Part shown: positions 38,429-47,801 of the stretch, piece by piece
Numbering within the stretch: position 1 is the stretch's first letter
Layout of the letters: the number at the start of each line of letters is the position of its first letter
From: Candidatus Eiseniibacteriota bacterium
GTDB taxonomy: Bacteria > Eisenbacteria > RBG-16-71-46 > JABDJR01
Direction: 5' to 3'
DNA length: 64,000 nt
NCBI GenBank assembly: GCA_963762255.1
Contig: CAVXKA010000001.1
Coordinates: forward strand, 1,056,001 to 1,120,000
Position numbers and translations under genes: made by a program
Notes under the pieces: generated by a model
The model's input: the letters and a program-made list of their open reading frames with translations, nothing else
The model's database searches: none
What the model was told of the DNA's origin: nothing

Positions 38429-38914
38429 GGTCGATGTGGTTCCTTGTCCAGCATCATCACGCACGATTTCCAATGGCAGGCCTTTGCTTACATATACAGT
38501 ATCCCTATGGACTCTGTACAGCCACACTGGGGTCATGTGGGCCGCTCATGAACAAACGCGAACCCTACCGCTACGCCCCCGTCCCCGGGACCCGCACCAA
38601 GCTCTGCAAGGTCACCCCCCATCCCGCTCGCTGCCGACCCTCGCCGTAGACCCTCAATGCCGTCTACGCCGAGGTCGGGCTTCCAGCACTCTCCCCCCTT
38701 CCCCCCGGGAGCGCCGCGGCGCCGCCAACAACCGTCGAACCAAGCCCGCCTCGCCAAACAATCCGGTAAGTACCCAGATGCGAGGAAGACCAGAACAGAG
38801 AACCCCGCCGACTTGACAAACTCATAGGTACTCCCCCTACGTCGGCAGAAACACGTACCTTGCCAGGAACACCAGCCCCAGGATCCGCACCAGCCCTGAC
38901 GCCGCGCGCCCGCG

Positions 38915-39236
38915 TCAGGAGGCGAGCTTCAAGACGGGGTAAGCGATGAACTCGATCGCGATCCCGTCGGCGATGGACCACGCGAGCGGCATCATCACGA
39001 TCACGAGGAAGGCCGGGATCGCCTCGGTGAGGTCGTCCCACGTGATGCGGCCGATGGACTGGGCCATGAGGCAGCCCACAAGGATCAACGCGGGGACGGT
39101 GAACGGGCTGAACACGCGTCCGTCGATGGTGACTGGCGCCGCCACCGCGGCAGCGATGGGGCTCAAGAAGAGCGTGGTCAGGAAGAGCGCCGAAGTCCAT
39201 TCCGCCGGCGGAGAGGATGCCCGGGTTCACGAACAC
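38915..39236 (-). pseudogene. NCS2/AzgA-type nucleobase permease relic with a large internal deletion
   Basis: N-terminal motif VFVNPGILSAGGMDFGA joined out of frame to C-terminal LFLTTLFLSP...PALILVG...WDDLTEAIPAF...SIADGI. Confidence 0.8.
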
Positions 39237-39272
39237 GAGGCTCGGGGGTGGGGCCGCCGGGAGCAGTTGCGT

Positions 39273-39731
39273 TCACGCCCTACGGCGGCCTGATTCCAGG
39301 CGACGCCCGCGGGAACACTTCGCGCAACGTCCGTAGACAACGAACTGCTTACCCATCACCTCGTCACCGGAGTCGACGGCGATCCGAGGTAGGGATTGAC
39401 CGCTCAGGCATCGCATCCCCCCGCACTGAAGACAGAGGAAGTGCGGGTGATTCCCGGGGCAGCCGACAGTACCCGGTGCGTGAGCGCAGAAGTGCCAGAT
39501 CGCGTCTTTGCCCTGGACGCGGTGAACGAGGCCGGCGCCCTGCAGAGCGGCCAGCGTTCGGTACAGCGTGACCCGGTCCATCGGGTCGCCCCCCAGCTTC
39601 TCGCTGATCTGACTGTGCGACATCGGCCGGCCAGTGTTCACAAGAACGCGCAAGACCGAGATCCGCCCCGGTGTTCCCCGCACGCCCGACACTTTCAGAA
39701 GCTCCCGGATGCTCTCCGCCGATCGCGCCAC
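39273..39731 (-). CDS. Fur family transcriptional regulator
   Basis: TPGRISVL, DRVTLYRTL, HPHFLCLQCG, YGRCAKC. Confidence 0.92.
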   Translation of the reverse strand: MARSAESIRELLKVSGVRGTPGRISVLRVLVNTGRPMSHSQISEKLGGDPMDRVTLYRTLAALQGAGLVHRVQGKDAIWHFCAHAPGTVGCPGNHPHFLCLQCGGMRCLSGQSLPRIAVDSGDEVMGKQFVVYGRCAKCSRGRRLESGRRRA

Positions 39732-39734
39732 GAA

Positions 39735-40439
39735 TCATCGCCTCCTGACAAGCGGCTCGATGCCGGCCAACCGCCGGAACGACTTCACCCCCTGCATGAG
39801 GGAGCCCATGAGCGCATCGGCATCCGCCACCCGTGTTCCGGCGATGATGGTAGCGCCATGGTCAAACAAGATGTCGTTCATCGGCGTGCTTGGCCCCAGG
39901 ACCACCGTTGTCGCATTCCTGCCCAGCTCCAGAAGCCGCGGCAAGGTCTTGTTGATCAAGGCGGTGGCGCTGATCACGACGATCTCCGACTCGGGGAGAA
40001 CTTGCTCTGCAGCGGCGGGCGGCAGCTCCCCCCGTTCCGGCTCCATCTCCAACAGGCAGGTTCGGCGCGCCGTGGCTACGATCTGTTCGTTGAACGGGAA
40101 CCGGCCGATGATGGTGACTGTCTTGCCCGGGGCCATCCGCAGAACCTGCTCGAAGACGTTGCCCGGACTTCCAGCCGGCTCGATGAGCGAGTTGAGCGCC
40201 GCCAGGCCGACGCTGGCCTCGAGCGGCTCCCAACTCCGAAGGCGGGCCGCCAGATCGAGCGCCCCGCTTCCGACGAGTTCTCCCGCCCCCGCAATCTCGA
40301 CCTTGCGATTCGTCTTGTAAGTATGGGCGATGCCGACGAACCGGCTCTCGACCGCCGTCCAGTGAAGCCCCACGCAGACGCGTGTGACTCTCGCATCCCT
40401 GTCCGCCGCGCTCCGCAGCAGGTCGTCAATCAGCTTCAC
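39735..40439 (-). CDS. DUF364 / Rossmann-like putative metal-chelation protein
   Basis: ASVGLAALNS, IIGRFP, SATALINKTLPRLL, LGPSTP; GTGA overlap with the fmdE-like gene. Confidence 0.85.
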   Translation of the reverse strand: MKLIDDLLRSAADRDARVTRVCVGLHWTAVESRFVGIAHTYKTNRKVEIAGAGELVGSGALDLAARLRSWEPLEASVGLAALNSLIEPAGSPGNVFEQVLRMAPGKTVTIIGRFPFNEQIVATARRTCLLEMEPERGELPPAAAEQVLPESEIVVISATALINKTLPRLLELGRNATTVVLGPSTPMNDILFDHGATIIAGTRVADADALMGSLMQGVKSFRRLAGIEPLVRRR

Positions 40440-40993
40440 GGGTCTTCCGCGAGTGGCGAGTAGTACGCTCCTTCCACACACGACCGGCAGCACGGGCCCT
40501 CCGCGGTCTCCAGGTCCTTGCCGTCGAAGACTTTCTCACCGCAGCGCGAGCAGTCGACCGTCCTTCTGGGCTTTCCCGGGAGCGACTCGGGAGCAAGCTG
40601 GACACGGACCCGCCGCCACGAAAGCAATTCCGTGTCCGGGATCCCCAGCGCGGCTCGGCACGCGTCCTCTCCCTGTTTCCCTTGGGGATCGACCCGCCGG
40701 ACGTTGACCCGATAGGCCTCACCGGATCCCGCATGGAAGAATGTCGCCGCCATCTTCCCCAGATCGACGAGCTTCGCGCTGCGCCTGCCGATGCGCGTGC
40801 CGGTGACGATCTGGATCGCATCCGCGATGCACCGGTCGTTCTCGATGAGAACGATCATCTGCCGGGGATCCTGCGTGGCGATCAGCTCCATTCCTTTGAG
40901 CGCCAGCCGGACCCCCAAGGCCTGCCCCATGCACAAGTGACCGTGGAACGCGACACACCGGTCGAGCCACTCGTCCGTTCGCAGGGGCCCCAT
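40436..40993 (-). CDS. FmdE family protein with C-terminal zinc finger
   Basis: FHGHLCMG, ENDRCIADAIQ, GKMAATF, CSRCGE...CRSC. Confidence 0.9.
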   Translation of the reverse strand: MGPLRTDEWLDRCVAFHGHLCMGQALGVRLALKGMELIATQDPRQMIVLIENDRCIADAIQIVTGTRIGRRSAKLVDLGKMAATFFHAGSGEAYRVNVRRVDPQGKQGEDACRAALGIPDTELLSWRRVRVQLAPESLPGKPRRTVDCSRCGEKVFDGKDLETAEGPCCRSCVEGAYYSPLAEDP

Positions 40994-41004
40994 ACCTTGC
41001 GATG

Positions 41005-41184
41005 TCAGGAGTTGCCTGCCGCCGCCGCGCGGGGGGCTCCGGATCGTGTCGCCGGCCGCCGGCGCAGACCCCGGACAAAGCCGATTGCGCGACGGATCAC
41101 ATGAACGGAGAGCCCGGCGATCGAGAGTTCCAACAACCGCGTGATGCTCGTGCGTAGCGCGTCGTAATCAGCAGGTCCACACAT
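41005..41184 (-). CDS. Possible small hypothetical protein (59 aa)
   Basis: Fills the gap in the operon; GAGGTG RBS overlaps the upstream stop; no recognisable motif. Confidence 0.35.
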   Translation of the reverse strand: MCGPADYDALRTSITRLLELSIAGLSVHVIRRAIGFVRGLRRRPATRSGAPRAAAAGNS

Positions 41185-41188
41185 CAAC

Positions 41189-41815
41189 TCACCTCTCTGC
41201 AAGGGGGGTCTTGTTCCCCGCGACGCGGGTCGAGATCGCCCACCCGACGACCGCAGCCAAGGCGCCGCCGATCAAGCTCACCATCAACAGCACAGGTACG
41301 GCCTTCCAGGCGACCCACCCCGCCGTCCTCGGGAAGATCACGGTCCAGTAGAAGACGAGCAGCCCGGTGTTCGCCCCACACGCGGCGATGACGAATCGAA
41401 CCGGCGGCCGCAGACGCCGAGTGAGCCTCAGCAGGCCGTCCGCCACGATGCCGCAGATGAGGAGGGCCAAGATGAACCAGGCGCTTCCGAACGCACCCTT
41501 GCCCCCCGTGGCCCGTTCGAAGATCGGCCTGAGGGCACCATAGGACAGGGAGAAGCCGAGGGCGCCGATCGACGCGCCGCCGATTCTCCCCATCGTCGAC
41601 GACGAGGCCAGCATGAACACCAGCGCCACCGGGCCAAGAACGAGGGCGATGCCGGCTCCGGGTCCCGGGAGCTTCAGTACCTGATGCATCAGCGTGGAGA
41701 TGGCGCCTCCCGGAAATACAAACAGGAAGAAGGCGCCACCAACCGCCCCGATGAGAAAGGCCAGCCCCGCGCTTCTCAACATCGTCCGTGAGCGCGGTCT
41801 TTGCGGAGCAACCAT
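41189..41815 (-). CDS. Multi-TM membrane protein (possible ECF-type substrate/metal uptake component)
   Basis: About six hydrophobic helices; MHQVLKLPGPGAG; first gene of the Fur-box operon. Confidence 0.7.
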   Translation of the reverse strand: MVAPQRPRSRTMLRSAGLAFLIGAVGGAFFLFVFPGGAISTLMHQVLKLPGPGAGIALVLGPVALVFMLASSSTMGRIGGASIGALGFSLSYGALRPIFERATGGKGAFGSAWFILALLICGIVADGLLRLTRRLRPPVRFVIAACGANTGLLVFYWTVIFPRTAGWVAWKAVPVLLMVSLIGGALAAVVGWAISTRVAGNKTPLAER

Positions 41816-41878
41816 TTCGCTTTCGAGGCCCCCCTGCGTTTGAGTGGCAGCCCGGAAACGTTACCCGACGCCCGGTGT

Positions 41879-41899
41879 AAACGCAACTAAGTTGCATTT
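41879..41899. promoter_or_regulatory. Fur-family operator, 10-1-10 palindrome AAACGCAACT-A-AGTTGCATTT
   Basis: AT-rich palindrome with one mismatch, upstream of an operon that encodes a Fur-family regulator. Confidence 0.7.
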
Positions 41900-42023
41900 C
41901 GGATTCGTGGGCGCCACCGTGCCGCCACCGTGCTACCGTGCCGCCGCCGTGCTACCCTACCGCCGCCGGGCCGCCCGGAGCCGCTTTCGGCGACGGAGCC
42001 GCAGGTCCGGAGAGGGGAGAGCG

Positions 42024-42806
42024 ATGACGACCTCGCGCGCGTTCCTTCGCCCGGCCGCAACGGCGGCGTTTCTTCTGGTCGTGTTCGCAGCATGCGGAGG
42101 ACCCAAGGGGGACCAGGCCCGCAAGGGCGACGAGGGCCTCCCTCCGGGTCCCGTTGTCACCACGCATGAGACCGGTCTCGCCGCGGACACCCTCGCCGAG
42201 TTCCTCAATCCCTTCTTCGTGCCCTACAACCGCGCGCTCTATATGACGTCGCAGGGCGATCCGGCCGCCGCTGCGGCGCTCGACTCCGCGCACGCGGCGT
42301 GGGCCGCCTTCGCCGACCGCGCGCCCAAGGTCTACACCGACGACGTGAAGTGGCCGGCCCGCCGGGACGACGTGGAGACTGCGCTCGTCCATGCGGTGAC
42401 CCTTCTCCGCAGGGGTGACACCAAGGCCGCGCACCTCGCGCTGGAGCCGGTGCGCCTGCAGTTGAGCGACCAGAATCACGAGGTGGGGATCGTCGCGTGG
42501 CCGGATCTTCTGCTGGCGTTCCATGAACCGATGGAGGAGTTGGTCGAGGCGAAGGACGCGCAGTTCATGCGCTCACGGGTGGTGGCGCTGCGGCTCGCTC
42601 TGAGCAAGCTCGGCGGCTACCCTCTCGGACGGTTCAACGCCGCCGAACGCGAGCGGATGGGGTTGAGGCTGAACCAGATCGCGGTCGAACTCGACAGCGT
42701 CGAGATCTCCATGGGGGAGACCGCGGCCGATCTCGCGGAGCCGCACCGGCACGCGACACAGCTCAAGAAGGCCTTCGTGGATCTCTACACGCACTCGCGG
42801 TACTAG
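42024..42806 (+). CDS. Hypothetical helical lipoprotein
   Basis: Lipobox FAAC; AHLALE and FHEPME His/Glu motifs; GGAGA RBS. Confidence 0.75.
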   Translation: MTTSRAFLRPAATAAFLLVVFAACGGPKGDQARKGDEGLPPGPVVTTHETGLAADTLAEFLNPFFVPYNRALYMTSQGDPAAAAALDSAHAAWAAFADRAPKVYTDDVKWPARRDDVETALVHAVTLLRRGDTKAAHLALEPVRLQLSDQNHEVGIVAWPDLLLAFHEPMEELVEAKDAQFMRSRVVALRLALSKLGGYPLGRFNAAERERMGLRLNQIAVELDSVEISMGETAADLAEPHRHATQLKKAFVDLYTHSRY

Positions 42807-42813
42807 CGGCACC

Positions 42814-43992
42814 CTATCCGGAAATGTGAATCGTCCCGCTCCCGGCGTCCAGTTTCACGCTGGCCTTGCCGTCTCCGATCGTGAAATCCAATTCGTCGTG
42901 CGCCACCTTGTGGACGTTCTCGTTCTCGAAGTCCACGTGGATGTTGCCGCTCCCCGTCTCTGCGTGGACTCTGGCCGAGCCGTCGGGGGGGATCACTAAC
43001 TCGATGCCGCCGCTTCCGGTGTCGATCACGAAGGGGCCGGGGCCCATGCGGGTGAGCGCGAGCCGCACGCCGCCGCTCCCCGTGTCCAGGTTCGCCTCGT
43101 CGGTGGCGATGTCCCGGGCATCGATGTTGCCGCTGCCGGTGTCCGCGCTGAAGACCTTGCAGCGCGCGCCGGTCACGGTGACATTGCCGGAGCCTGTGTC
43201 GGCCAGGACCTTGTCGCCCGAAGCGTTCGTGATGCTCACGTTGCCGCTGCCGGTGTCCGCGTGGACTTCGCCTTCAACGCCCTCCGCGGTCACGTTGCCG
43301 CTCCCTGTGTCGGCCGAGAACCGACCGATGATGCGAGCCGCCGTCACGTTGCCGCTGCCGGTATCCGCCACCAACGTTCCCCGGATGCCGCTCGCCGAGA
43401 TGTTGCCGCTGGCGTTGTCGAGGCTCAGGTCGCCCTCGACATCGGTGGCCTCCATGCGGCCCGTGCCGTGATCGACTTCCAGGCTCATGCCCTTCGGCAC
43501 CTTCACCGTGACGTCGGCCCAGATCTCCAGCCCCTTGCCATCGCCGCTCACTTCGATCTTCGTGATATGGAGCGCCCCCGCGATAGCCCGCCACCAGCTA
43601 TCGTGCTCGCCCGACTTGGTGTGATTGGCCATGAACGAAGACCGCGAGCCGTGCCCGAGCTTCGGGTAGACGTACTTGGTGCTCTCTTCGAGCGGGAACC
43701 TCACCGAGACCTCGGCGTCCCGCCCGCGCTTAGTCTCGATCTTGATCCGCTCGCGGGTCGCGTCCTTGCCCTGGACGCGGATCTCGACCTCGAAGTTCGA
43801 ACCCGTGGCGGGTACGACCTGGATCTCTCCGATCAGGTTGTTCACGCGGAGGCTGCCCGCATCGAGGCTCATCGTCTCCGTGAATTCGGCCCCGGCGGCC
43901 TGAGTCCCGGCGACCTGGACGAGCAGAGCGGTCATGCCCGCCAAGAGGAAGACGACGACCAGACCGATTCCGGCCTTGCGATTCAATGACAT
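42814..43992 (-). CDS. DUF4097 family beta-strand repeat (adhesin-like) protein
   Basis: Signal peptide; many DTGSGNV-type repeats. Confidence 0.88.
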   Translation of the reverse strand: MSLNRKAGIGLVVVFLLAGMTALLVQVAGTQAAGAEFTETMSLDAGSLRVNNLIGEIQVVPATGSNFEVEIRVQGKDATRERIKIETKRGRDAEVSVRFPLEESTKYVYPKLGHGSRSSFMANHTKSGEHDSWWRAIAGALHITKIEVSGDGKGLEIWADVTVKVPKGMSLEVDHGTGRMEATDVEGDLSLDNASGNISASGIRGTLVADTGSGNVTAARIIGRFSADTGSGNVTAEGVEGEVHADTGSGNVSITNASGDKVLADTGSGNVTVTGARCKVFSADTGSGNIDARDIATDEANLDTGSGGVRLALTRMGPGPFVIDTGSGGIELVIPPDGSARVHAETGSGNIHVDFENENVHKVAHDELDFTIGDGKASVKLDAGSGTIHISG

Positions 43993-44080
43993 AGCGCCTC
44001 CGATGGATTGGGCACCCAGGGTCTGAGGGAAAGGCAGTCTGCCGCCTCATACGGCGGCTTCGCGGATGGGGTTGCGCGGA

Positions 44081-46069
44081 TCATTGCACCTCGGCCGAGG
44101 ACCCGGGGACCTCCCTCCAAGGCTCGCTTCGCCCCCCCAGGTGCCGGGCCAGGAACTCCTCGACGCGCCCCAAGAAGTCCAAGTTGTTCTCCGGCCTCAC
44201 GAAACCGTGTCCCTCGTCGGGGTAGACCACCAGAGTGACCGGAAGGTTGCGCTCGCGCAGCGCGGCGGCGATGGCCTCCGACTCCGAGAGCTTGACCCGG
44301 GGGTCGTTGGCCCCGTGCCCGATCAGGAGAGGGGCGCGGATGGCGTCGGCGTGGAAGAGAGGGGAGATCCGCCGGTTGAACTCCGCGTCTCCCTCGACGT
44401 CGCCCACGCGCAGCTTCCATCGGACCTTGCGAACCCTCCAATAGGGGGGCATGGATTCGAACAGGGTGGCCACGTTTGAGGGGCCCACCATGTCGACCGC
44501 GCAGGCGTAGAGATCCGGGGTGAACGCGATCCCTGCCAGCGTGGCGTAGCCGCCATACGAGCCGCCCATGATCGCCACGCGTTTGGGATCGGCGATGCCC
44601 TCGGCGATGGCCCACCGAACGCCGTCGGTCAGATCGTGCTGCATCGCGCCCACGCCCCACTGTTCGGTGGACGCGTTCAGGAACGCCTTGCCATAGCCGA
44701 CCGAGCCGCGGAAGTTGGGCTGGAGCACCGCGTAGCCACGGTTGGCGAGGAGCTGCACCCACGGGTCGAAGCCGTAGTCGTCGCGGGCCCACGGGCCGCC
44801 GTGAGGCACGATCACGAAGGGCAGACCGCGCGGTTCCACCCCCGCCGGGAGCGTGAGGTAGGCGGGGATGACCAGCCCGTCGCGCGCGGCGTAGGTCACG
44901 GGCCTGGTGGCGGCGAGCGCGTACCCGTCGAGGGCGGGCATCGTGTCGAAGATCGGCTCGGTGGTTCGCGTCGCACGATCGTAGAGGACGTAGTTCGGCG
45001 GCCGGCTCGGCGAGGCATAGCGCACCACCCAGAGCCGGTCCGCGTCGTCGCGGCTCTCGATCGTGAACGCGCCCCGCCCGAGGCGGCCGAGGGCCTCGAA
45101 ATCCTCCTTCACAGCGGGATCGATCACCGTCCACCGCGGGATCAGATAGTCGAACCCCACCGCCTGCACGTCATGGGTGTCGGGATCGCGCATCACCTGC
45201 GGGGCCCACCAGGTGTTCCACACGTCGCACGAGTCGTCGGCGGCGATGGTGCGGATCTCCTCGCCTGTCGCGAGATCGAGAAGCGCGATGCGCGACTTGT
45301 CGCCGTTCATGCTCGTCTGCACCAGGAGCTGCGTGCCGTCTTCGGCGAACCCGATCACCTTCTGGTAGAGGACTTCGCCCGCCTCCCAGAACGGCCAGCG
45401 CACGAGATCGCGCCACGGCCCGCCGGCCTCGTCGCGCACGCGAAGGATGGTGTCGTTGGTCTCCGCGTCGAGCGCGGTCGCGGCGCGGATGCGGAAATCG
45501 TGGTCGGTGGCCCAGTCGGTCACGTCACCGGGGTTCTCCACCTCCAGCACGACCTCGCCGGTGTCGAGCCGGACGCGGTGCATGTCGAACACCGCGGGAT
45601 CGCGTCTGTTGAGGCCGACCAGGAACTCTTTCGGATACTTGCGGTCGGTGAGGAGGTTCTGCGCGGCGACGCCGTCGAAGGGGGTGAGATCGCGCGGCGC
45701 GCTGTCCTCGGCGAGATCGCTCGCGTAAACGTGGTAGTTCTCGTCGCCGTCCCTGTCCTGGATGTAGAGCAGGTGCCGGTTGTCATGGGCCCACGCGTAG
45801 GTCCAGATACCCTGACCGGTGTCATGGGTGATCTGGGTGTCGTCGGTGCGGCCCCGCGTGCGCACCCAGATGTTCATGACGCCCCCTTCGCCGGGGGCGA
45901 GATAGGCGAGCCGCGCGCCGTCGGGGGAGATCGCCGGCGATTCCTTGGCCGGATTCCCGATCAGGATCTCGCGCGGGATGAGGGGAGGAGGCTCGGCCCG
46001 GACCGGGCTCGCGGGGGCGAGCCAGACGGGGAGCAGGGCGAGAAGGGCGGCGATGATACGAGACGGCAC
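44081..46069 (-). CDS. Secreted S9 family peptidase (dipeptidyl/acylaminoacyl peptidase)
   Basis: HGGPW, GGSYGGY, GANDPRV, PDEGHGF; GTG start with GAGGTG RBS and a signal peptide. Confidence 0.93.
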   Translation of the reverse strand: MPSRIIAALLALLPVWLAPASPVRAEPPPLIPREILIGNPAKESPAISPDGARLAYLAPGEGGVMNIWVRTRGRTDDTQITHDTGQGIWTYAWAHDNRHLLYIQDRDGDENYHVYASDLAEDSAPRDLTPFDGVAAQNLLTDRKYPKEFLVGLNRRDPAVFDMHRVRLDTGEVVLEVENPGDVTDWATDHDFRIRAATALDAETNDTILRVRDEAGGPWRDLVRWPFWEAGEVLYQKVIGFAEDGTQLLVQTSMNGDKSRIALLDLATGEEIRTIAADDSCDVWNTWWAPQVMRDPDTHDVQAVGFDYLIPRWTVIDPAVKEDFEALGRLGRGAFTIESRDDADRLWVVRYASPSRPPNYVLYDRATRTTEPIFDTMPALDGYALAATRPVTYAARDGLVIPAYLTLPAGVEPRGLPFVIVPHGGPWARDDYGFDPWVQLLANRGYAVLQPNFRGSVGYGKAFLNASTEQWGVGAMQHDLTDGVRWAIAEGIADPKRVAIMGGSYGGYATLAGIAFTPDLYACAVDMVGPSNVATLFESMPPYWRVRKVRWKLRVGDVEGDAEFNRRISPLFHADAIRAPLLIGHGANDPRVKLSESEAIAAALRERNLPVTLVVYPDEGHGFVRPENNLDFLGRVEEFLARHLGGRSEPWREVPGSSAEVQ

Positions 46070-46186
46070 GGCGCACCTCGGGCGGACTGATTGGGGAGCC
46101 CGATCCTGCCACTTCACCTGGCTCTTGGGCAAGCGCGGGACGATGAGTAGAATAGGGGTCCACCCTTCTCCACCGGGAGGCAGTTG

Positions 46187-46504
46187 ATGGACTGGCACGA
46201 ACTGGAAAAGACCAAAGTCGCCCAGCTTCGAGAGATGGCCAAAGAGAAGTTGGGGCTGGAAGGCACGATCGGCATGACGAAGGAGCATCTGGTCGAGGCC
46301 CTGGCCAAGGCGCTCAACATCGAGAAGCCGCACAAGGTCGTGCACGGCGCGCAGAAGACGCGGGTCAAGCAGGAGATTCGTGCGCTCAAGGCGGCGCGCA
46401 TCGAGGCTCTGGAGAAGGGCGACAAGACCGCGCTCGCTCGGGCCCGCCAGAAGATCCACCGGCTGCGGCGCGATCTGCGCAAGATGGCCACGGTGGCGAG
46501 TTAG
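46187..46504 (+). CDS. Small basic protein with a Rho-N/HeH-like N-terminal domain
   Basis: ELEKTKVAQLREMAKE...MTKEHLVEAL; Lys/Arg-rich helical C-terminus; GGAGG RBS. Confidence 0.75.
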   Translation: MDWHELEKTKVAQLREMAKEKLGLEGTIGMTKEHLVEALAKALNIEKPHKVVHGAQKTRVKQEIRALKAARIEALEKGDKTALARARQKIHRLRRDLRKMATVAS

Positions 46505-46565
46505 CGTTGCTGCTCTCGGGCGGCGCGAGACGGCTCGCGCCGCCTGAACATGCTCGTGACGGACC

Positions 46566-47600
46566 CTACCGCGTCTTGAGCGCGAACCCGATCATCTTGT
46601 AGAGGAGCCGCGCGCCGACGTTGCCGTCCCATTCGCTCTTCCCCTCGGGGTCGGGAGCGACCTCGCTCAAGTCGAACCCCACGACGCGCCGCCCGCTCTC
46701 TGCCACCTTGCGGAGGAGCGAGACGGCCTCGGCGAATGAGAAACCGCCCGGCACCGGCGTGCCGGTGTGCGGGCAGAGCGCAGGGTCGAGCCCGTCGATG
46801 TCGAAGGAGAGATACACCTCTTTCGGCAGCGGCGCGATCATCTCGTCGACCAGAGCGCTCCACGTTGTGCCGTCCTGCATCCGCCGCCGCGTGTCGGTCT
46901 CGAAGAACGCTCGGATGCGATCCGGGTTCTCGCGGATGAGCGCTTCCTCGCGCCCGCCGAAATCGCGGATGCCCACCTGCACCAGTCGCTCCACCTGCGG
47001 CAGTCGACGCACGACGTTGAACATGATCGAGGCGTGCGACCAGGCGAATCCCTCGTAGGCCTCGCGCAGATCCGCGTGCGCGTCGAGGTGCAGGATGCCC
47101 ATGCCCGGGTGCCGTTCCGCCACCGCGCGGATGAGGCCGAACGGCGAAGAGTGATCGCCGCCCACGACCCCCACCAGTTTGCCTCGGTCGAGCCACTCGC
47201 CGGCGGTGCGGTACACCCATGCGTTCATCTCTTCGCAGTACGCGTCGACCCGCGCGGCGAGACCCGCGACCGAGCCGTCGTGCTCCACGCCTCCCGCGGC
47301 GATGACGTGTTCCGCCAGCGCGCGCGCCTCGGCGCTCTTCTCCCGCATCGCGCCCGAAACCGGGAGCATGGCGATGCCGCGCCCGTAGGGGCGACCGGTC
47401 TCGCGGTCGAAGAGGTCCACCTGCGCGCTCGCGGCGAGAATTGCCTCCGGTGCGCCCGCCGCCCCCGGGCGGTAGGAGACGGTGGCCTCCCACGGCACCG
47501 GCACCAGGATGACCTCGGCGTCGTCCGGCGCGAACGGAAGGCCGAAGATGCCGTCGCCGGCGGCGGGAGCGTCGGGATCAAAACGGAGAGACATGGTCAT
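46566..47600 (-). CDS. speB: Agmatinase / ureohydrolase family
   Basis: GGDHS, DAHADLR, SFDIDGLDP, GTPVPGG. Confidence 0.88.
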   Translation of the reverse strand: MTMSLRFDPDAPAAGDGIFGLPFAPDDAEVILVPVPWEATVSYRPGAAGAPEAILAASAQVDLFDRETGRPYGRGIAMLPVSGAMREKSAEARALAEHVIAAGGVEHDGSVAGLAARVDAYCEEMNAWVYRTAGEWLDRGKLVGVVGGDHSSPFGLIRAVAERHPGMGILHLDAHADLREAYEGFAWSHASIMFNVVRRLPQVERLVQVGIRDFGGREEALIRENPDRIRAFFETDTRRRMQDGTTWSALVDEMIAPLPKEVYLSFDIDGLDPALCPHTGTPVPGGFSFAEAVSLLRKVAESGRRVVGFDLSEVAPDPEGKSEWDGNVGARLLYKMIGFALKTR

Positions 47601-47801
47601 CTACCCCTTGGTGCGACAGAATGGGTATCCAAGAGAGAAAATCCGGCAATATAGAGCGCTGTTGGCCTCGGCGCGCAGGTCCTGCATCGCAACCGTCGCC
47701 CCACGGTATCCTGGAAGTCTCATATCCAGAGCATGAAGGGCCCAATCGCGACGGAATAGGGGATGATACGCGCCGGTGCCTCGTTCTCGCCAGGAGGTCT
47801 T

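Larger units (their letters stand above)
33597..38537. mobile_element. Lower-GC genomic islet carrying a four-gene TIR/radical SAM operon
   Basis: Visible drop in GC and loss of GC3 codon bias relative to the flanks; 7-bp GGTCATG at both approximate edges; decayed gene relic on the right side; no integrase in the window. Confidence 0.7.

Noticed and set aside
38482-38501. SOS (LexA) box upstream of the radical SAM (minus strand TACTGTATAT...)
   Set aside because: Only one half-site matches the gammaproteobacterial consensus, and the LexA motif of this lineage is unknown.
42814-43500. Repeated gacaccggcagcggcaac-like units as a DNA repeat element
   Set aside because: They encode the DTGSGNV repeats of the DUF4097 protein.
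44081-46069. WxxW motifs in the S9 peptidase (WPFW, WNTW) and the 22891..23790 lipoprotein (WSRW) as substrates of the DPY19-like enzyme
   Set aside because: The motif is short enough to occur by chance and the genes are not linked to the transferase.
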